Below, in pieces: positions 42,525-47,717 of a stretch of DNA of 47,717 bases. The DNA is from Gammaproteobacteria bacterium (lineage in GTDB: Bacteria; Pseudomonadota; Gammaproteobacteria; Steroidobacterales; Rariloculaceae). Below the pieces are notes generated by a model. That model did no database searches. It was not told where the DNA came from and saw only the letters and a list, made by a program, of their open reading frames with translations. Positions within the stretch are counted from its first letter, which is position 1, and the number at the start of each line of letters is the position of its first letter. The position numbers were made by a program, and so were the translations under genes. The DNA lies in the NCBI GenBank assembly GCA_038125265.1, contig JAYPDM010000008.1, forward strand, positions 1,784 through 49,500. Direction: 5' to 3'.

Positions 42525-43211
42525 TTATCTAGATTGCCCCTTCATCAAGAAGGGCAAGTAGGTCAAGAAGAACGCAAATATTGCGACTGGAATCAAGGCT
42601 ATCAGATGATAGGGTGCATCAGGAAAATAATTCATTATGGTATCGCCAGGAGGTTTATCTTTTAAATACCAAAAGTTAGCTCCCTCACCTAAGAGATGGT
42701 TGATAAAAAATAAAATGACTGTCAAGGCTAAGGTCACTTGAACCAACCATAAAAAATCCCTAAAGGTGGGTGATTGATTAAGTGCGAACACAGAAACACT
42801 GACACCAAGAATGATCAGTCCATGCCCATAATAAAAATTTACAAATTCTGCATCGGGGAATGTAAATCGTAGTGCGGGTGTGAGTAAAGCCATGATGGCT
42901 GGAATGGTTCCCCAGAAAAGACCGCAGAAAAAGAATTTTTTTTCATAGCCCAAGAGAAAAAGCGCAATGGTCAACTTAGAAAGGTCGCACATATGCAAGG
43001 GAATAGATTCTTGCCAAGGTAATCCATAGCTAAAACTATTAAAAAGCTGCATAAATAAATGTACAAGCAATAAGACGCCCAGTGATACCCTGGCATGCTC
43101 AAGACGATGCCCGTCTAAATGTTTAATCCAGTAAGTTGCAACAATAATAATGATAAAAGTTACAGCTAGGGTAGCAAGATGAATAGGATCAAAAAGTACA
43201 AAAGGTCTCAT
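42525..43211 (-). CDS. YwaF/TIGR02206 integral membrane protein, paralog A
   Basis: FVLFD..H, IPLHMCD, FWG, LTP, FYYGH, ANFWYLKDKP. Confidence 0.88.
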   Translation of the reverse strand: MRPFVLFDPIHLATLAVTFIIIIVATYWIKHLDGHRLEHARVSLGVLLLVHLFMQLFNSFSYGLPWQESIPLHMCDLSKLTIALFLLGYEKKFFFCGLFWGTIPAIMALLTPALRFTFPDAEFVNFYYGHGLIILGVSVSVFALNQSPTFRDFLWLVQVTLALTVILFFINHLLGEGANFWYLKDKPPGDTIMNYFPDAPYHLIALIPVAIFAFFLTYLPFLMKGQSR

Positions 43212-43220
43212 GCAGTACTA

Positions 43221-43229
43221 ATCATATCA
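43221..43229 (-). promoter_or_regulatory. Extended -10 for the YwaF operon (near-leaderless)
   Basis: TGATATGAT 9 nt before ATG 43211; no SD. Confidence 0.55.
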
Positions 43230-43244
43230 TTCATCGTTATGAAT

Positions 43245-43272
43245 AAAAAAAGGGCGGCCATAGGCCGCCCTT
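43245..43272 (-). terminator. Rho-independent terminator of katG
   Basis: AAGGGCGGCC-tat-GGCCGCCCTT followed by a T run on - strand. Confidence 0.92.
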
Positions 43273-43295
43273 AAGGTTTCATTTGAATTTAAAAT

Positions 43296-45509
43296 TTATA
43301 AATCAAACCTGTCAGCATTCATTACCTTATTCCATGCCTCAACAAAGTCTGTGAGTAATTTCACTTCTCCATTGTTTACAGCATAGTACTCAGCAACAGC
43401 CCTAAGCTCGGTATTTGATCCAAAAATAAGATCGACTGGAGTTGCAGTCCACTTCATAGCACCGTTATCTCGATCAGACCCTACATAGATACCTTGCTCG
43501 TCTGATGAGGCGCTCCAGACGGTAGACATATCAACAAGGTTTACAAAATAATCATTAGAAAATACACCTGGATTATCTGTAAAAACTCCATGCTGACTGT
43601 CGTTATAGTTAGCGCCAAGAACTCTCAAGCCACCAACCAAAGCGACCATCTCAGGGATGTTCAGATCTAATAAAGCTGCTTTTTCAATCATAGCGTTGAC
43701 CGGTGAAACAGGATTATCAGACTGATGATAGTTTCTGAAAGGATCAGATGTAGGCTCAAGTACGGCAAATGCATTTGCATCGGTCATGTCTTGAGTCGCA
43801 TCAGTTCTACCAGGCTGAAATGGAATAGAGACCGAGTGTCCTGCCATTAAAACAGCATGCTCAATCGCAGCATTACCCGCAAGAACAATCACGTCAGCAA
43901 GCGATACCTGGACTCCATTATCTGAATTTGCATTAAAGCTCTCTTGAACCTCAGTCAGAGCATCAAGTACTCCAGCAAGTGCTGCAGGCTCATTTACCTC
44001 CCAAGTATTTTGGGGGGCAAGATTAATACGCGCTCCATTAGCACCTCCCCTCATATCAGTACCTCTGTAAGTAGAAGCTGATGCCCAGGCGGTTCTAATT
44101 AAATCAGCAGTATCGATGCCAGTCGCTAAAATGTTCTCTTTGAGCAATTCTTGGTCAGCCGTTGAAATAAGCTCGTGATCAACACTTGGAACTGGATCCT
44201 GCCAAATCAATACTTCGCTTGGACTCATGGATCCGAGGTATCTTGCTCTGGGTCCTAAGTCTCTATGCGTAAGCTTAAACCAAGCTCTTGCAAATGCGTC
44301 TTCGAACTCAAGAGGATTTTGCAACCATCGAGATGTAATCTCTCTGTAAGCGGGATCTTCTCTCAAGGAAAGGTCGGTTGTAAACATGATTGGAGCATGT
44401 CTTACGTTTGGATCAAAAGCATCCGGCACTAAATTAGACGCACTCTCGTCACTGGGTACCCACTGAATAGCACCGCTAGGTGTTGTGGTTTGAACCCAAT
44501 CAAAGGCATATAAATTTTGAAGATAGTTATAGGTCCATGCAGCAGGGTTTACTGTCCAAGCCCCTTCAAGGCCGCTGGTTATCGTATCTGCACCATTACC
44601 TGTACCGCAACTGTTAGACCATCCAAAGCCTTGTTGCTCAATATCTCCGCCCTCTGGCTCAACACCCACACACTCGGCCGCGTTTGCAGCACCATGAGCT
44701 TTACCAAAAGTATGACCACCTGCGATCAATGCTACGGTCTCCTCATCGTTCATAGCCATTCTTCCAAAAGTAGTGCGGATATCGTGCGCAGCTGCTAAGG
44801 GATCCGGATTTCCGTTGGGTCCTACTGGGTTAACGTAAATTAAACCCATTTGAGTGGCACCAAGAGTTCTCGCAAGTTGTCGTCCTTCGCCATGTCTCTC
44901 ATCTGCAAGCCACTCTCCTTCTGGCCCCCAGTACACATCATCAGGGATCCAGGCATCGGTTCGGCCTCCAGCAAAACCAAAAGTCTCAAAACCCATCGAC
45001 TCCATGGCCACAGTTCCTGCAAGAATCATCAGATCAGCCCATGAGATGCTATCACCATATTTTGCTTTTACTGGCCAAAGTAACCTTTGCGCCTTATCTA
45101 GGTTGGCATTATCAGGCCAGCTATTAAGAGGGGCAAACCTCTGATAGCCTCCGTCTGATCCGCCTCTTCCGTCTGATACGCGATAAGTACCAGCGCTATG
45201 CCATGCCATTCTGATGAAAAAAGGACCGTAATGACCGTAGTCAGCTGGCCACCAATCTTGTGATGTTGTCATCACATCGATTAGGTCTTGCTTTACCTCA
45301 TCAAGGTCAAGCGCATTAAATGCATCTGCATAGTTAAAATCCTCTGCCAATGGATTGGCACTTGGATTATTCATTCTTAGTGGGTCTAGATTTAATCTAT
45401 TGGGCCACCAGTAATCATTATCTGGTGAGCCCTGTGCATGCAATCCACCAGTAACAAAAGTTGCCATTAATACTAAAGAGCAAAATGGTCTTAACATGTT
45501 ATATGACAT
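43296..45509 (-). CDS. katG: Catalase-peroxidase with N-terminal signal peptide
   Basis: [35 protein letters not shown]; SD GAGGA. Confidence 0.98.
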   Translation of the reverse strand: MSYNMLRPFCSLVLMATFVTGGLHAQGSPDNDYWWPNRLNLDPLRMNNPSANPLAEDFNYADAFNALDLDEVKQDLIDVMTTSQDWWPADYGHYGPFFIRMAWHSAGTYRVSDGRGGSDGGYQRFAPLNSWPDNANLDKAQRLLWPVKAKYGDSISWADLMILAGTVAMESMGFETFGFAGGRTDAWIPDDVYWGPEGEWLADERHGEGRQLARTLGATQMGLIYVNPVGPNGNPDPLAAAHDIRTTFGRMAMNDEETVALIAGGHTFGKAHGAANAAECVGVEPEGGDIEQQGFGWSNSCGTGNGADTITSGLEGAWTVNPAAWTYNYLQNLYAFDWVQTTTPSGAIQWVPSDESASNLVPDAFDPNVRHAPIMFTTDLSLREDPAYREITSRWLQNPLEFEDAFARAWFKLTHRDLGPRARYLGSMSPSEVLIWQDPVPSVDHELISTADQELLKENILATGIDTADLIRTAWASASTYRGTDMRGGANGARINLAPQNTWEVNEPAALAGVLDALTEVQESFNANSDNGVQVSLADVIVLAGNAAIEHAVLMAGHSVSIPFQPGRTDATQDMTDANAFAVLEPTSDPFRNYHQSDNPVSPVNAMIEKAALLDLNIPEMVALVGGLRVLGANYNDSQHGVFTDNPGVFSNDYFVNLVDMSTVWSASSDEQGIYVGSDRDNGAMKWTATPVDLIFGSNTELRAVAEYYAVNNGEVKLLTDFVEAWNKVMNADRFDL

Positions 45510-45524
45510 AAAATTTCCTCATAT

Positions 45525-45577
45525 TTAGATTTGGTCTAATTTAGACTTAGTCTAAATAAAGAAAAATTTAAAGTCAA
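45525..45577 (-). promoter_or_regulatory. katG promoter with tandem palindromic operators
   Basis: -35 TTGACT (45577-45572), 17 bp, -10 TAGACT (45554-45549) inside ATTTAGACT-T-AGTCTAAAT (45539-45557); degenerate copy TTAGATT-T-GGTCTAA (45525-45539). Confidence 0.85.
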
Positions 45578-45593
45578 CCTAATTCGTCTTAAT

Positions 45594-45866
45594 CTAATTT
45601 TTTTGCAACAAGTGCCTGGCACCCCAAAGAAACCATGTGATCACCCCTCCCCACCAGAGAATGAAAAACCAGTCATTTTTATCAGTGCCGTTCCATTCAA
45701 GCCACTCAAATACAATGGCCTCCATAAATAGATCAAAGGAGAGAAGCACAAAAAAACCAAAAAACCAGAATAGAAAAAAGTTAAATAGCTTTGCGGTCCT
45801 GTTACGCCAAAAAGAAAATACACCAATAGAAATAAAGGCCAACGCTGCAATAAATATTTTCTCCAT
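45594..45866 (-). CDS. Small Trp/Phe-rich membrane protein
   Basis: About 3 TM; start overlaps upstream stop (TAATG). Confidence 0.7.
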   Translation of the reverse strand: MEKIFIAALAFISIGVFSFWRNRTAKLFNFFLFWFFGFFVLLSFDLFMEAIVFEWLEWNGTDKNDWFFILWWGGVITWFLWGARHLLQKN

Positions 45867-46165
45867 TAGATCCCCGTAATATTTGTAAAAGGTAAGCTTT
45901 GTCTCATCAATTCAATTTTATCAAAGAGCTCTCCCACCCCAAGACTTGCCCAAAGGATTAATACTCCAAGCACAATCATTATCCGCCTTATTAGAACAAA
46001 ATTAAGATTTCGCTCAATCATCTTGATCAGAGGCAGATAATAAATAAAGGATAAAGCAAAGATGATCAATCCAAAATAAGGATCATTACCCCAAAAGGTA
46101 TTGACAAAGCCAATCCATGAAAAAAGTAAGGCAAATAGAGAGCTAACCCAAATCATAACTTTCAA
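45866..46165 (-). CDS. Small membrane protein
   Basis: About 3 TM; NTFWGNDP and LGVGELFDKI polar motifs. Confidence 0.7.
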   Translation of the reverse strand: MKVMIWVSSLFALLFSWIGFVNTFWGNDPYFGLIIFALSFIYYLPLIKMIERNLNFVLIRRIMIVLGVLILWASLGVGELFDKIELMRQSLPFTNITGI

Positions 46166-46439
46166 TGATCATGAAAAAAGTAAGAGAGAATATGAAAACG
46201 AAATGAAATATTTTATTGGTTAGCTTCATGCCGTCATGAAAAATAATTTTTCGGTCATTGGTTAAAAAATATTTAGTGAACCATAACAAAACAACTAATC
46301 CAGAAAAAAGAAAAAACCATGGTAAGTCTTGCCTAGGACTGAATCCCTCTTCTTGCACTATAATTAAAACCGATACCCACCAGAGCAGGTAAAGACTAAA
46401 ATAGATTGAGTAACAATTTTTGATTAAAATGCTAAACAT
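46143..46439 (-). CDS. Small membrane protein
   Basis: About 3 TM; EEGFSP.QDLPWF loop. Confidence 0.62.
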   Translation of the reverse strand: MFSILIKNCYSIYFSLYLLWWVSVLIIVQEEGFSPRQDLPWFFLFSGLVVLLWFTKYFLTNDRKIIFHDGMKLTNKIFHFVFIFSLTFFMIIESYDLG

Positions 46440-46467
46440 TGCTCTATTTCATTTTAGGTTGATCTAA

Positions 46468-47646
46468 TTGAGAAAACTATCATTAATAATTCTTCTCGTA
46501 TTCATTGTAGTCTTACTTATCTTATTTAATCGAAACAGTGAACAAGGCTTTGGCATGCCTGAAATCACGACGAGAAATATACTTTTTTTACCCCAGGAAG
46601 TGAGAGAGTTTGCCTTTGCAAATGTAGATCATCTTGCGCCTACAAGAACAGTCGCTGCTGGTAATAATATCAAAGAGCTAAATTACTCGCTGCAAGACTG
46701 GAATGACTTTAGATATCAAGTTGATGATGAAATTTATAGCTTGGATGACTTTGAGGGTCGAGAGGCGTTTCGCGGACTTATTGTGGTCCAAGGTAATAAT
46801 ATCTTACTGGAAGATTATGCAGATGGTCATGAAGAGGATACTACTTGGGTCTCATTTTCAGTGACAAAATCGATTACCTCTATGCTAATCGGTGCGGCAA
46901 TTAAAGATGGATACATAGAAAGCATAGACGACCCTATCAGTGATTACATCATTGCACTTAAGGGGACAGAATACGAAGCTGTCACCATTAGAAATTTACT
47001 GCAAATGTCTACCGGTATTGCCTGGAATGAGGATTATGGAGATCCAGAATCAGATGTTGCCATCGCAGGCACTTATAACGGAGAGAGGCTTATTTCATAT
47101 TTATCTGGTCTGCCACGAGTCGCAGCTCCTGGGGCGCTTTATAATTACAATACCGCTGAATCCAACTTAGCTGGAGAATTGTTACGCTCTGCAATAAATG
47201 GTAATGCCTCAAGCTATCTTGAGGAAAAAATATGGTCTCCTTATGGTATGGAGCATGATGCCTATTGGCTTCTATCAAGCCCTAATGGAAGTGAAACGGG
47301 TGGTTGTTGCCTGAATGCAACCTTGAGAGACTATGCAAGAATTGGGCTCTTTGCCCTTGATGGCGGTATTTTGGCAGATGGCACAGAGACCTTTGCAGCT
47401 GACTGGATGGAGATTTCTACTTCACCCTCAGATCAAAATTCAGGTTATGGGCTTTCATGGTGGCTAGCAGACGAGGAAGCCTATTATGCAAGGGGTATTT
47501 TCCAGCAATGGATATACATCAACCCTAATAAGAATTTAGTTATTGCCACCCATAACAATGCACTTAGGGCTAATCAAGATGAGGATTTTCGACACGTGCA
47601 AGCACTTATCAATGCATTGAGCAGCCAGATCATAAGTCTTAATTAA
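46468..47646 (+). CDS. Serine hydrolase, beta-lactamase class C / NylB-like, N-anchored
   Basis: SFSVTKS (SxxK), LLQMSTG, YNYNT, LRDYARIG. Confidence 0.9.
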   Translation: MRKLSLIILLVFIVVLLILFNRNSEQGFGMPEITTRNILFLPQEVREFAFANVDHLAPTRTVAAGNNIKELNYSLQDWNDFRYQVDDEIYSLDDFEGREAFRGLIVVQGNNILLEDYADGHEEDTTWVSFSVTKSITSMLIGAAIKDGYIESIDDPISDYIIALKGTEYEAVTIRNLLQMSTGIAWNEDYGDPESDVAIAGTYNGERLISYLSGLPRVAAPGALYNYNTAESNLAGELLRSAINGNASSYLEEKIWSPYGMEHDAYWLLSSPNGSETGGCCLNATLRDYARIGLFALDGGILADGTETFAADWMEISTSPSDQNSGYGLSWWLADEEAYYARGIFQQWIYINPNKNLVIATHNNALRANQDEDFRHVQALINALSSQIISLN

Positions 47647-47717
47647 TTTCGTTTACTTTTAATCCCTAAATAAAATCCGAGAGCATTGAAGATGATGTCA
47701 GAAAATTTATTTTCAAA
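47643..47717 (-). CDS. C-terminal fragment of a membrane protein, possibly VanZ-like (cut by window edge)
   Basis: FENKFSDIIFNALGFYLGIKSKRN*; 4-bp tail-to-tail overlap like other junctions. Confidence 0.45.
   Translation of the reverse strand, partial: FENKFSDIIFNALGFYLGIKSKRN

Noticed and set aside
2599-47278. Many 60-120 aa antisense or alternate-frame ORFs in the track (e.g. 2599-2910, 16142-16510, 27688-28041, 34114-34401, 38918-39262)
   Set aside because: Shadow ORFs of well-supported genes with no recognisable motifs
46468-47646. Beta-lactam resistance gene
   Set aside because: SxxK and Tyr motifs present but no KTG triad; fits the esterase/amidase branch
1-47717. CRISPR array, tRNA/rRNA, IS, prophage or defence system
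   Set aside because: No repeat-spacer periodicity, RNA gene signatures, transposase, integrase or defence domains seen by eye

Overview
Densely packed, AT-rich chromosomal segment of a streamlined gammaproteobacterium, probably marine (inference). About 50 CDS with tiny or overlapping junctions; no tRNA/rRNA, CRISPR, prophage or IS seen. Core blocks: ppiB-lpxH; aroC-asd-miniFimV-truA-accD-folC-dedD-cvpA-purF; prmB; SCO-psd-epmA; efp/epmB; parEC; xseB; glyA-nrdR-ribD-ribE-ribBX-ribH-nusB-thiL-pgpA; ettA; purL; crcB; mltF; tadA; trhO. Best signal: the same 17-bp palindrome, TTTAGACT-W-AGTCTAAA, lies upstream of two peroxide-defence loci 25 kb apart (rubrerythrin-FeS oxidoreductase-DUF3501, and a signal-peptide katG). 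In both it contains the -10 (TAGACT) exactly 17 bp from a -35 (TTGACA/TTGACT), which points to an Irr/PerR-like repressor regulon. Also noted: an unannotated 52-aa basic ORF with its own promoter, several apparent leaderless genes, a twin YwaF/TMEM164-like + DUF481 barrel + GNAT operon, and clean gaps where trp, leu and ispA-dxs genes usually sit. All family calls are by motif recognition and synteny, not database search.
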